Shown here one piece after another: positions 24,261-34,595 of a DNA stretch of 64,000 nt. The first letter of the stretch is position 1. Each line of letters begins with the position of its first letter. The notes beneath the pieces are model-generated. The model was given only the letters and a program-made list of their open reading frames with translations. It did no database searches and was not told the origin of the DNA. The stretch is taken from NCBI GenBank assembly GCA_004431415.1, contig QPMI01000564.1, forward strand, positions 1-64,000. The letters run 5' to 3'. The DNA comes from Cyanophora paradoxa CCMP329. Its lineage: Eukaryota > Plantae > Glaucophyta. A program made the translations under genes and the position numbers.

Positions 24261-24992
24261 ATGCCGCCAAAACGTAAAGTAGGTGTCCCCGCTGGGGCTA
24301 TTTCATATTCTGGTGGTGAAAGTTACGGATCACTTAATACTACACCTATGAAATTCGACGGAGTTAATCAAGTGAAACCATCGCAACCCGAAGAAGATCC
24401 CTTAAACGCCGCTTATGAAGAATCGCCGGCGGACAAAGCGCCGCAAGCATCGACAAGTGAAACACTCAATGTATCACCGGATGCATCGAAGATGAAGGCG
24501 GTCGGTGAGGGTGCGCGTCGTATTATCGGTGCTGCTGATGATCGCGGTCTTGGTCTACAAGATCTTGCACTTGCTCGTAAAGGTCAAGGTGTTTCGAAAG
24601 AATCGGACAAGGTTATACAATCGATGGCGGGAGAAGTAACTTATAAAGTCGCTCCGACTCAAAACGTCCACCGAATGCCAAAGGCTGAATGGGACACAAT
24701 GACCGCTAAACTACGTGATCTCGAAGCTAAGTCAAGTGCATTAGAACAGTATGTTATGGAGAAGAAAGAACGCGCTAAATTAAAGGAAATGCTGCGTAAA
24801 GAAGTTTATCGCATGGGAATTACGGGACTTCCTGATACTCAATTTATTCGGAAGAAAGAGGCACAAATAGATGATCAAGCGGTAGATGAAATGAATACCA
24901 AAAAGAAGGGAACCATAGAGCCTGGCGCTACCAAAGCGGAAGTAGAGAAAGCCGTAGCACCAACAGTATACAAGCGGAGAGTTTGGCTTTAA
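24261..24992 (+). CDS. Hypothetical low-complexity/coiled-coil protein (possible core or scaffold)
   Basis: MPPK start and coiled-coil segment; positional homologue at 60055. Confidence 0.75.
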   Translation: MPPKRKVGVPAGAISYSGGESYGSLNTTPMKFDGVNQVKPSQPEEDPLNAAYEESPADKAPQASTSETLNVSPDASKMKAVGEGARRIIGAADDRGLGLQDLALARKGQGVSKESDKVIQSMAGEVTYKVAPTQNVHRMPKAEWDTMTAKLRDLEAKSSALEQYVMEKKERAKLKEMLRKEVYRMGITGLPDTQFIRKKEAQIDDQAVDEMNTKKKGTIEPGATKAEVEKAVAPTVYKRRVWL

Positions 24993-25019
24993 ATATATCT
25001 GATTAATAAAGGATTCTCG

Positions 25020-25268
25020 ATGGACTTTCTCCAAAAGATCATAGAGATGTTTAACCTGCACATTGTAAGCAATTGCCATAGCGGGTGCTGTGATACAACC
25101 GTAGAACTTGGTTTTTCAGATACCGAAGATAATGTAACGGAACGTAGAGAGTCCCGGAGACATTCGGTAGATTCCACACATTCAGAACCCGCTACAAATG
25201 GTCGCCGGTTTTCCGTAGATAATAGCGATGATTTACGAAGACAAGCGTTTGATCATCGCGGTAATTAA
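25020..25268 (+). CDS. Small CxSGCC protein
   Basis: IEMFNLHIVSNCHSGCCDTTVE is conserved with 60926. Confidence 0.8.
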   Translation: MDFLQKIIEMFNLHIVSNCHSGCCDTTVELGFSDTEDNVTERRESRRHSVDSTHSEPATNGRRFSVDNSDDLRRQAFDHRGN

Positions 25269-25292
25269 AATATTTGTAATAAGTATCGGAAA

Positions 25293-25418
25293 ATGCTCGA
25301 AGAAGTCTATAATATTATTTTAGCGAAACGTCAGATTTACGCCGTTGCATCTGCGATAGAAAAACGTAGACAAGAGCTTGTCCGGTCACCAAAAAATGAC
25401 AACCCTAAAAGTATTTAA
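25293..25418 (+). CDS. 41-aa ORF not in the ORF track
   Basis: MLEEVYNIILAKRQIYAVASAIEKRRQEL...; syntenic similar ORF at 61300. Confidence 0.5.
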   Translation: MLEEVYNIILAKRQIYAVASAIEKRRQELVRSPKNDNPKSI

Positions 25419-25470
25419 AGAAACAGCGATAATACAAACTGATAAAATATTTTCTGTGCTGAAAGTAAGA

Positions 25471-25746
25471 ATGGCTGCTATCGCCGATGATGTTAGCGTT
25501 ATTGAATTCGAATTCGAAAGTGACAGCGATGAAATTGTTAACTCACCACCAAAGGTTAAACTTAATCCTAAGAGTGCCGATGGGTTAAATTATCGAATCC
25601 GTGAAGTGCTGAGACTGCGAAAGAAGTATGAGGAAGACCCCGAATACCGCGAATTCAAAAAAAAGCAATCTTTGGAGAACTATTACCGTCGCAAAGAATT
25701 GGAAGGTATCCATAGTGCAAAGCGTGGACGTCCTCGCAAATACTGA
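25471..25746 (+). CDS. Small basic DNA-binding protein with C-terminal AT-hook
   Basis: DGLNYRIRE...DPEYREFKK...KRGRPRKY; homologue at 61490. Confidence 0.8.
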   Translation: MAAIADDVSVIEFEFESDSDEIVNSPPKVKLNPKSADGLNYRIREVLRLRKKYEEDPEYREFKKKQSLENYYRRKELEGIHSAKRGRPRKY

Positions 25747-25927
25747 AATGCCGCTATTGCCGCTGAAACATCATTACTTATTTTTCGAGCGGCTTACCGA
25801 TCATATTCGGTAATCCCGTTACAGTTTCCCGATCGAGAAAAAAAAGTGTAGGGCATTTAAAGACAAGGCGCCAAAAAATGATTAACAAGAAAAATTTTTA
25901 TCTTTTGTTAAAGTAGAACGCGCAACG

Positions 25928-28267
25928 ATGGACAGCAAAAGTAAAACCCTGCTTACGAAACTCGCTAATTGGCTCCGCTCTAACGATGAGCTGGCGAAAA
26001 ACCTTCTGATTCCCGTCGATCCTGTCGAAAAGCTTCCGGCTTTCGGTCATAAGGAGGATACATGGAATTGGAAGAGATACGAAGAAGCGGTTAAGTCAAA
26101 CAAGTATGTCGCGTGGGGTATCCTCGCTAAAAACATCCTCTGTGTCGATTTCGATCAGGAAGAAGACTTTAACAAGTTCGAAGAACTCTTTCCTGACGAT
26201 TTTACCGCCGCTATTCCAATCGAAAAGACTAAGAAGGGCTACCATGTGTTCTTTGCACGCCCTCCTAAGTTTGATGAGCTGAAACTATTCGACAAAGCCG
26301 GAGCTTTCAAAGGCTACGAAAAGATCGATTTTAAAACAATTTGCTCTACCGGAACCGCTGGCGTTATCAATGTTTGCCCCTCTCCCGGTAAAACATGGAT
26401 TCGCGAGCCATGGGCTACGGGATGTGAGCTTATCGAGCCATCGGAAGCTTTCCAAAATTGGATGATCGAAAACTATAAACACAATGTTGTTATTAACATC
26501 GACAAAGCAAAGATTACAGGCAATGAGTTCTTAACCACTCTTAATGAGAAACTTATTGAAATTGGCTTTGATTTCCCTTCTATCATCAGTCAAACCGAAA
26601 ATGGCTATAACTTTACTGCTCAGAACAAAGGCGGAATATGCCCCTGCTGCAATAATACACATGATAAGAACAATTGGTATGTGATGAAAGCACAGGGAAA
26701 CGATAAGGACAAATTCGTGGTTTCTAATTACAGTTCCCGATGCAAAAAACTATTTGTTAACATCGTAACGAAAACAGAACAATATGTTAAGCTTACTGGT
26801 CTTATTGATCTTGCGATTGGATCTAATGGCGCTCATTATGATGTCGCAAAAGTAGCTTATGAAGTCCTGAAAGATGATTACCGCTACTCAAATAAGACAT
26901 GGTTCGAATTTGACACTAACTATGGTATTTGGGAGACTGACGAAACCTCAAAGCGTATTTATCTTGCTATGAGCTGCAAGGTTTGCGCGGCATTCATGAA
27001 TCGTTCCTATGAGCTTGGATTTAAAGCCATGAGAGACGAAGAAAACCGCGAATCCTTAGATGAAAAAAGTAAACTCGCTCTCAGTATCGCAAAGAATCTT
27101 AAACAGACTGCTTACCGCACTTCCCTTATGACAGACTTAACCGTTATGTTTAGTTGTCCTACCTTTTTCGAAAGATTGGACACAGTGCCTAACATTATCG
27201 GTTTCACTAATGGTGTTTTCGATCTTAACACTATGACCTTCCGTAAGGGAAAACCCGATGATATGGTTAGCAAGACCGTAGGCTACGAATTCATCGCTGC
27301 TGACCGTCAGAAAATCGCTAAGATTCAGTCCATCTATGCTGATATCATCGAAGATCCCGATGAGCGTAACTATATAATCGGGGCGCTTGCTTTCGCTCTC
27401 ACAGGTCGGACTGATATCCAAAAATTCAATTTCTGGTCTGGAAAAGGTGCTAATGGTAAATCGCTACTGCAAGAAATGGCTAAGAAAACATTCGGCGATT
27501 ACTACGGCTCGATCAGTATGAGCTACTGGACAAAGCCTAAAAAGAATTCATCAGATGCTACGCCCGATCTTGCCGCAATTCTTGGGAAGCGAATCGTATT
27601 CAGTAACGAAGCGGAAGATGGCGATAAGTTGCAAATCAGTAAGATTAAGGAAATTACAGGTGGTAACGAAATGAAGGTTCGCGCTCTCTTTAAGGATCCC
27701 GTCGCCTTTATTCCAATGTGTCAAATCTTCCTATCCACCAATGATAACCTTTCTCTCAGCAAAGCTGACGAAGCTATATTACGTCGGCTCATCTATTGCA
27801 CATTCAAGAGTGTCTTTAAGCCGAATCCTAAGGAAGGTGAAAAGAAAGCCGATATTACCCTAATGCATCTTCTCAATGACGACAAGTATAAAATGGCTCA
27901 AATGTCTATATTCTTGGACATGTTTAGAACGCAAGACCTTGCCGACCTAATGCAAAATCCGCCCCAATCTATTATCGATTACGGATCAGAATATTTCGCT
28001 GAAAATGATAAGATCGGTGAATGGATCAGAAATACTTATGAAAAGACAGGAAACCGCGACGACTTTGTTTCAAGTGATTCTATCATGAAGAAGTATAGAC
28101 AAGTGGATGATAAGGCGGAACCGACAAGCATCGGTAAACGGATGCGCGAGATTTTTAATGTTAAGTCTGAGTCTAAGCGTGAAAGGGGCGCGGTTATTCG
28201 TGGATACTACGGTATTAAAGCCATAATTCACCATAACGAATTTGTGGATGATGATGTAGAAGCGTAA
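25928..28267 (+). CDS. Prim-Pol-type primase fused to D5/P4-type SF3 helicase
   Basis: CVDFD and TKKGYHVFF (Prim-Pol); CPCC zinc-like segment; FTNGVFDL (D5_N); Walker A GKGANGKS; KEITGG and LSTND. Confidence 0.9.
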   Translation: MDSKSKTLLTKLANWLRSNDELAKNLLIPVDPVEKLPAFGHKEDTWNWKRYEEAVKSNKYVAWGILAKNILCVDFDQEEDFNKFEELFPDDFTAAIPIEKTKKGYHVFFARPPKFDELKLFDKAGAFKGYEKIDFKTICSTGTAGVINVCPSPGKTWIREPWATGCELIEPSEAFQNWMIENYKHNVVINIDKAKITGNEFLTTLNEKLIEIGFDFPSIISQTENGYNFTAQNKGGICPCCNNTHDKNNWYVMKAQGNDKDKFVVSNYSSRCKKLFVNIVTKTEQYVKLTGLIDLAIGSNGAHYDVAKVAYEVLKDDYRYSNKTWFEFDTNYGIWETDETSKRIYLAMSCKVCAAFMNRSYELGFKAMRDEENRESLDEKSKLALSIAKNLKQTAYRTSLMTDLTVMFSCPTFFERLDTVPNIIGFTNGVFDLNTMTFRKGKPDDMVSKTVGYEFIAADRQKIAKIQSIYADIIEDPDERNYIIGALAFALTGRTDIQKFNFWSGKGANGKSLLQEMAKKTFGDYYGSISMSYWTKPKKNSSDATPDLAAILGKRIVFSNEAEDGDKLQISKIKEITGGNEMKVRALFKDPVAFIPMCQIFLSTNDNLSLSKADEAILRRLIYCTFKSVFKPNPKEGEKKADITLMHLLNDDKYKMAQMSIFLDMFRTQDLADLMQNPPQSIIDYGSEYFAENDKIGEWIRNTYEKTGNRDDFVSSDSIMKKYRQVDDKAEPTSIGKRMREIFNVKSESKRERGAVIRGYYGIKAIIHHNEFVDDDVEA

Positions 28268-28370
28268 ATATAAATGAATTGAATGATTACTTTCTTACTA
28301 TTTTTTATAACCTTACTGTGTATGGTAAGAATTAACAATGTAACAGGTGGTTTTTTGGTTTTCAGTCTCA

Positions 28371-28461
28371 TGTAACAGGTGTAACAGGTCTATCCCAAAG
28401 TTCCGACCTCCGACCCCCCTCCTAGGGGAAAGTTTGGGATGAACCTGTTACACCTGTTACA
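28371..28461. promoter_or_regulatory. Putative origin-like cassette A3 (inverted relative to A1/A2), just downstream of the primase-helicase
   Basis: Reverse-complement copy of 16466-16556. Confidence 0.6.
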
Positions 28462-28578
28462 CATACCATTCTCAGTAAGACCCCTTATTAATATTATTTG
28501 TAGTGTTTTATTACTATAATCTGTAAAAATTGATCAAGATATTTAAGCATTTCTTTGTTTGACTATACGAAGTTATCA

Positions 28579-28842
28579 ATGGCTACCCGTAAGTTTGCGT
28601 TCGAAATGACCGATGAAGAATTAGACCAAAACATAAAACAAGAAATTACCATGGAAGCAACAGCGGAATATTTAAAAAGGGTATTCGGTTCTAATCCGTT
28701 ATTGGAAACAAAGAAACGCCGCACTCATGTTATTAAAGCGAATAACGTCCAACTTAACCTTATACTTCCTGAGGGCGTTAAAGTGCGCATTCGTGGAGTT
28801 ACCGTTTATGATCCTGAACGCGTTTCATTTCCGAAAAAATAA
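28579..28842 (+). CDS. Hypothetical protein (87 aa)
   Basis: ORF between the cassette and pPolB, with AAAATTGA and ATTTAAG upstream. Confidence 0.6.
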   Translation: MATRKFAFEMTDEELDQNIKQEITMEATAEYLKRVFGSNPLLETKKRRTHVIKANNVQLNLILPEGVKVRIRGVTVYDPERVSFPKK

Positions 28843-28860
28843 TGTTCCTATAAAGCAAAG

Positions 28861-31800
28861 ATGCCCCGCCAAACTAATAGACTTATCAAAGAAAAGAAAA
28901 ATGAGATTCTCGGACTGTTAGGAACCCTTTTAGCCACCGGTGAAATCACAGAAGCGGAATATGATAGAGAAGCCGCCATTTTAGATCGGAAGCCGCGACT
29001 ACAACAACTTACCGATATCGCTAATGACCTCTACGATCGCATGCAAAGAATGGAAGACTTTATGGACGAAGGACAACGCTTAGGAGCGATTGAACCCGAA
29101 GTAGAAGATGGTGAGGCAATGAATCAGGCTTACTCGTGGCATTCTTACCGCGCAAGAAATCAAATAGTTGTGGATACTATCGATTATTTGGAACGCATCG
29201 CTACTAACCTTCCACAGCGAATTAGAACGAAGTTAGAACAACTCAGAGCCGTTAAAGTCCGTCTTACATTCGTTTGTCGGTTCGTTAAAGTAAGTAATGA
29301 ACGCATTTTTATTACTAAATACATTTACAGTGACTACTTTGTTATCACGCGATCCCGTAATATAAATACGGAATTGCGTAAAGCTCTACAAGAAATGCAA
29401 GAGCAAATGAAACAAGTAGATAGTTACCGTTTGGATCGCTTAGAGATCCTTAGGGTAGTTATCATGTCTTACGCACCGGTAGGTGGTTGCTATTTCTCTA
29501 CTCCCGAATGGATCGCAAGAAAGAAAGCAACCGTTAATGTTAAGAATATCGATGGACAAGATTGTTTTAAATATGCTATTTTGGCTCATCTACACCGAAA
29601 GGACATTAACCGCCATAAAAGCTATGATCCCATTCAATATCGCCGTTGGCTTAATGAACTGAACTTTAATAATATCGAATTTCCGGTAGCATGTGATGCT
29701 GATGTTATCGATCGATTCGAAGAACAGAACCCGGACTTATCGGTTAATATCTACGGTGCCGATAACGAAAAGGAGTCATTCTATCCGTTACATATGTCGA
29801 GCAATTCACGTAGAAAGAATAAGATTAACCTTTTACTCATTGAAAATACGGAGGAGAATAGAGGACATTATGTAGCTATCGTGTCTCTAAGTCGCCTCCT
29901 TAAAACCACGTTCGATAAAGCATGTGATGGACGCATTTATTACTGTGAAACCTGTCTATCACGTTTCCGATCTCAGGCGAAATTAGACCTACACATAGAA
30001 GCTAATCGGTGCATCGATTGGAGGGAAAGTAAAGGAAAATGTCCGAAACCTGATACTTACATGGAATTCGGATTAAAACACCTAAGAAAGACTGTATGGC
30101 TTCCTGTGATTTGTTACGTTAAAATCGAAGATCATTCGGTATCTATCGGAGCAAATAAAAGTAAACGTGAAATTAAAGCTGTGTCACTGAGAGTGGTAAT
30201 AGGAGAAGAGGTGGTAGCTTTTCATTTTGAGGGAGCCGATCCTTTGGGTTCGCTGTTCGCAAAACTCATAGAAATAAGACCGCATGTAGTGCAAACTCTA
30301 TTTAGAAATATTCCCATGCATCCACTCACAGAAGATCAGAAGGCGGAATATAGAACCACAAAACATTGTTATATTTGCTTGCAACGATTCACAGCCGAAA
30401 ACGTTTCGGTTCGCGATCACTGTCACCAAACGGGCGATTATATCGGGAAAGCATGCCGAAACTGTAACCTCCATAGACGAATCTCTAAACAAACAAAAGT
30501 AGCTATCGTGGTGGATCAAATGGACGAATGCGGACATGGGATATTCCGAAAGATTGCCCAACAAGACGACACACAACGTGTGGAAATTCTAAGTAAAAAT
30601 TTCGATCAATACCTTTTGCTACAATGGGGCATGTGGAAATTCATCGATGCATCACATTTTATGGATTTCCAAAGTGCAAATGTCGATGATCTTATGTTTA
30701 AATTCGAAGAATTCCGTAAATTGGCGTTCTCGCAATATGGATTAGATCCATGTCATTACGTTAGCGCTCCGGGTCTATCATGGGACGCTATGTTAAAACA
30801 TACAAAGGCAAAGATTGCACTTATCGATGATGTAGAGAAATACGAATTTATTGAAAGAGCCATAAGGGGTGGATTTGCCACAATGCCCACACGATATGCA
30901 AAGGTAGAGAATCCCGATGATCATATAGTTTTATTAGACGCAAATAATCTTTATGGTTATGCACTCAGCCAACCTTTACCTATTGGTGACTATCGATGGG
31001 AAGAAACCACAGAGGCACTAAAAGAAGTAGAAGGACGAAACGCATTTATTGAGGTCGATTTAGAATATCCTATTTCCCTCGAAGATCATTATGATTTTCC
31101 ACTTATTGTGAATAAAGAAGTGATCACAACAGATATGTTAGGTGAATACCAACAAAACCTATTATATATGACAGGTGAAAAGTTAACCAAAGATCCACGA
31201 CTTACAGCAACATTTACACCAAAGACTAACTATGTCATCTCACAACCTCTACTTATCTATCTTGTTAAAAAGGGTGTAGTCATAAAGGCGATTCATAAGG
31301 TGATCTCATTCGCTACGTCCCCTTTCATGAAATCTTACATAGCTCTAAATACAAGACTACGACACGAATCAGGGAATAGATTCGAAAGCGACTTTTTTAA
31401 ACTCATGAATAATGCGATATATGGAAAATGCTTAGAATCTTGTAGGGGTCGCTCTTCTGTAAAGATCGCCAATAGTGAGAAACTATGTAAGAAATATGCC
31501 GCAAGTCCACTTATCAAAGCAACCAATGTATTAAACGAAAACGCCGTAGCGTTTGAAATGTATTCGAAACATGTAAACTTAGATAAACCCGTAGCTATTG
31601 GTGCTTTCGTTTTGGATTTCGCAAAGTTACATAATTATCAATTCTTTTATGAGGTGGTAAAAAAGAAATGGGAAATGGCTAAGCTACTTTTCCACGATAC
31701 CGATTCGTTCTGTCTATTTCTGAAAACTGATAATTTAAATGCGGACATGAAAGCCATCGGTGAACACCTCGATAGGAGTAATTATAATCGCGATCATCAT

Positions 31801-32141
31801 TATTTAGTTTGTCGAATCGATTGACTCCGGGGAAGTATAAAAACGAATTCCCAAATGCAAAGATCTTAGAATATGTGGGTTTGAGATCGAAACTTTACGC
31901 TTTCAGAACTGAAACCTATGAAAAAATAAAAATGTCCGGAACAGCATCGAAAGAAGTCCATTTTGACGATTTTAAGAAATGTCTATTCGAAGGTATCACC
32001 AAAACAGTAACAGTAAGAAACAAGCGACGGCAAGACCACAGCCTATATGATTTGGAGAGTAGAAGGGTGGCGCTAAACCAAATCAATAGCAAAAGGAAGA
32101 TATCAAACGACGGCATTCACAGTATCCCATTTGGTGTCTGA
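28861..32141 (+). CDS. polB: Polinton/adintovirus-type protein-primed DNA polymerase B (one frameshift at ~31798)
   Basis: DANNLYGYALSQPLP, FKLMNNAIYGK, HDTDS and GLRSKLY motifs, plus the EndoVII-like RDHCHQTG...CRNCNL. Adding one base gives DHPLFSLSNRLTPGKYKNE, joining the two ORFs. Confidence 0.92.
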
Positions 32142-32299
32142 TACACTGTATCTATACTTCTCTTTTTATTTTTTCGGTCTCCTAAAAGTAATATACCTCG
32201 GAGGATATGTAATAACCATATACATTTTTGAAATGGATCTTTTGGGTCAATTTCATAGAAATTAGGTATGGGTTTCTCTTTCCATACTGGGTCATCCAT
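32117..32299 (-). CDS. Hypothetical protein (60 aa)
   Basis: ATG after an AT-rich spacer, divergent from the 32326 ORF. Confidence 0.4.
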   Translation of the reverse strand: MDDPVWKEKPIPNFYEIDPKDPFQKCIWLLHILRGILLLGDRKNKKRSIDTVYQTPNGIL

Positions 32300-32325
32300 T
32301 ATAAATATATCAGAGATTAAGTAGG

Positions 32326-32475
32326 ATGCGCACCATCTTAGCGAAAGTATTCCCATATGAGCTTGTGGATATCATAATGATCTATCACCATAAGACGTGT
32401 CCGAATTGCTTTAATACTCGTATAATCACCAAAGGTAAATGTGGAAAGATTCTTATTTGTATGTCTAAAATTTAA
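32326..32475 (+). CDS. 49-aa CxxC protein not in the ORF track
   Basis: MRTILAKVFPYELVDIIM...TCPNC matches MRVLLARLFPYELVDLIM...TCPFC at 60877. Confidence 0.75.
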   Translation: MRTILAKVFPYELVDIIMIYHHKTCPNCFNTRIITKGKCGKILICMSKI

Positions 32476-32744
32476 TCAAAATACAACATAACGGGTTTCT
32501 CCTCTATGACTATTCCCCATGTTGTCCTTTTTCTGTATGCGTGAGAGTGTTTTTTAGAACACTGTCGGCAACCTGACCCCTTAATATGATTAAATCCGTA
32601 GGTTTGGAACGTTTTATTACATTGTAAGCATCTAACAGATACCTTTTCTTGCGCTTTCTTATAAACAGTGTCGGTATAATCAAATTTATCCTTACCATGG
32701 ACTGACACAGCGGTATCTATAAACTTTCTTGTTTTTTCATCCAT
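32472..32744 (-). CDS. Zinc-ribbon protein (DUF723/CapR-like repeat of viral homing endonucleases)
   Basis: FIDTAVSVHGKDKFDYTDTVY...VRCLQC...F...NHIKGSGCRQC pattern. Confidence 0.7.
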   Translation of the reverse strand: MDEKTRKFIDTAVSVHGKDKFDYTDTVYKKAQEKVSVRCLQCNKTFQTYGFNHIKGSGCRQCSKKHSHAYRKRTTWGIVIEEKPVMLYFD

Positions 32745-32764
32745 TCCCTATATATACCTTAGAT

Positions 32765-33610
32765 TTATGGTTGTGGATCGCTACCGCCGACGGGATTGTA
32801 TAGATTGGTATTTAGATACTGACCGAATCGGTTAGCTGTTGCGATTGCGTCGTTTCTTTCGGCATACATAATAACTCTGTAATTTCCGAGTTGTGTAGCT
32901 CTTATTATAAATTGGTTATCCTGTGTATCTAAAAGAGGTATTGAGTGGAACGCCTGACCGAAATTATCTATGGGGATAATGTGTATCGTTAGGCGCGGTC
33001 TTGCTCCATCGGTTCTTCTACATAATGCGTAGATGTCCTCAGGTATCATGTCTATATATCTATAATGATTTCCTAACGGTTCTAAAACATCGGCTACCGC
33101 TGTTTGTAAACTAATAACGATTGTATAAATCTTTATAATATACGGCTCATTCATACCTGGGCAATATGTCCTAATTCGTGTGTTTGCATCATCAGGATTT
33201 GGTTGATCATTAACCAATAGAGGCGCTCCAATGATACCACCAACTCGGAGGCCATCACCAATGTAAGCGCCTCCCGATCTACATTTAATTGCTCCGTTTC
33301 TCGATTCATAAGCAAAGTTAGTAACCTTGTTATCATCGTTATAACTGTCGGGATCTCCATAAAAAGCGTTAAAGTTTGCATTTGTAACAAGAAGTTTCGT
33401 AGTTTTCACGATTCCATTATTTTTGTCACATCTTAACTCTTTGAGTCGCAATTTATGCCTATCACCAAAAGTATTAAGAGTAGGTGCAAGTTCGGTAGAT
33501 TCGAGACCATCGACATTATCGATAACAGCATGTTGTAATACGTGATTAGCTGGCGCGGCTAATGAAAGTTGCGCTGTTAAGATACGCTCAGGTGGAGCGG
33601 GTGCCGCCAT
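32765..33610 (-). CDS. Putative fibre/spike protein 1
   Basis: N-terminal QH.V.D...STE.A...RLKELRCDKNNGIVKTT shared with 33630 and with the S74 fibre at 48579. Confidence 0.65.
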   Translation of the reverse strand: MAAPAPPERILTAQLSLAAPANHVLQHAVIDNVDGLESTELAPTLNTFGDRHKLRLKELRCDKNNGIVKTTKLLVTNANFNAFYGDPDSYNDDNKVTNFAYESRNGAIKCRSGGAYIGDGLRVGGIIGAPLLVNDQPNPDDANTRIRTYCPGMNEPYIIKIYTIVISLQTAVADVLEPLGNHYRYIDMIPEDIYALCRRTDGARPRLTIHIIPIDNFGQAFHSIPLLDTQDNQFIIRATQLGNYRVIMYAERNDAIATANRFGQYLNTNLYNPVGGSDPQP

Positions 33611-33629
33611 TTAATATATTAAAACATAA

Positions 33630-34472
33630 TTATGGTGTGGGATCACCTGGGAATGGATCATCGTAGAAGTTATTTAGGTTGTTATCGGGATTGAGACCAC
33701 GTGTAGCCGCCACAGCGGCTGGATCTGTTCGCATTCCGAAAATGAGAATATCATAACCTCCTACTTCTGTCGTCCAAACATTAAACGTAGCAGGGTTCTG
33801 GTTGTCGAATTCCACCCAACCTCTACCGTGTCCGATTCCCTGAACAAAGAAAGTATAAGCCGGACCAATAATACCATTTTGTGAACGACATATAGACTCA
33901 ATAGATTTAGGAATAGCAATATTTGGTAATAACCAATTTCCCATAATTCCATCGGGTTGTGTTGCATTTACGTTATCTACCCCAACTCTGACCATTCCAA
34001 ACACATACGGATAATCACCACATGGAGTATACATACGGATACGTTGCGGATTGTCCGCATGCTCAGGTAGAGTATCGGGAATATCGGTAACAGCAACGGA
34101 GGATGCAAGCATACCCGACACAGGACAACCGCCACCAATAACAGCGCCTCCCGATCGGACAACAGCGGCGGCACGTTCTCCGTCAAAATCTAACGTTCTA
34201 ATATCCACACCCCATGCGTCAGGTTGCCCAATACCCGCGTTAAAATTCGCATTTGTTACAAGAAGCTGAGTCGTTTTAACCACTCCCGAATTCTTATCGG
34301 CTCGGAGTTCTTTTACTCGTATCATACTGTTTTTATCGAATGCATTCGCGGAATTAGCGCGTTCCGTAGATTCCACACCGCGGATTTCGTCGGCTACCTC
34401 ATGTTGTCGAAAATGGACGGCGGGCGATCCCAAAGCGTAAACAGGTAATTGCACACGATTATATTCGCCCAT
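33630..34472 (-). CDS. Putative fibre/spike protein 2 (tandem paralogue)
   Basis: RVKELRADKNSGVVKTTQLLVTNANFNA; similar to 32765 over its full length. Confidence 0.65.
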   Translation of the reverse strand: MGEYNRVQLPVYALGSPAVHFRQHEVADEIRGVESTERANSANAFDKNSMIRVKELRADKNSGVVKTTQLLVTNANFNAGIGQPDAWGVDIRTLDFDGERAAAVVRSGGAVIGGGCPVSGMLASSVAVTDIPDTLPEHADNPQRIRMYTPCGDYPYVFGMVRVGVDNVNATQPDGIMGNWLLPNIAIPKSIESICRSQNGIIGPAYTFFVQGIGHGRGWVEFDNQNPATFNVWTTEVGGYDILIFGMRTDPAAVAATRGLNPDNNLNNFYDDPFPGDPTP

Positions 34473-34508
34473 TGCTTCTTTTACTAAGAAGGAAAGAAAA
34501 ATAAACCA

Positions 34509-34595
34509 TTAAGCCAATGTGATAAGATTCGATCCAAGAGATTGGTAAGCGGTCGTTAGACATTGGAGGTTTGATGTCATCGCTTTAAGATTAGA
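34509..34595 (-). pseudogene. 3' remnant of a viral gene cut by the macrosatellite
   Basis: Open frame SNLKAMTSNLQCLTTAYQSLGSNLITLA* abuts the array start. Confidence 0.4.

Larger units (their letters stand above)
15878..34595 (+). mobile_element. Element 1: endogenous Polinton-like virus (right end truncated)
   Basis: AT-rich, gene-dense, intronless block with MCP, two penton-like genes, A32 ATPase, primase-helicase and pPolB. Sharp left junction inside a LINE. Confidence 0.88.

Noticed and set aside
19591-28533. Mimivirus early promoter AAAATTGA at 19591 and 28526
   Set aside because: Only two upstream hits were noticed in AT-rich DNA, not enough to infer a mimivirus helper.
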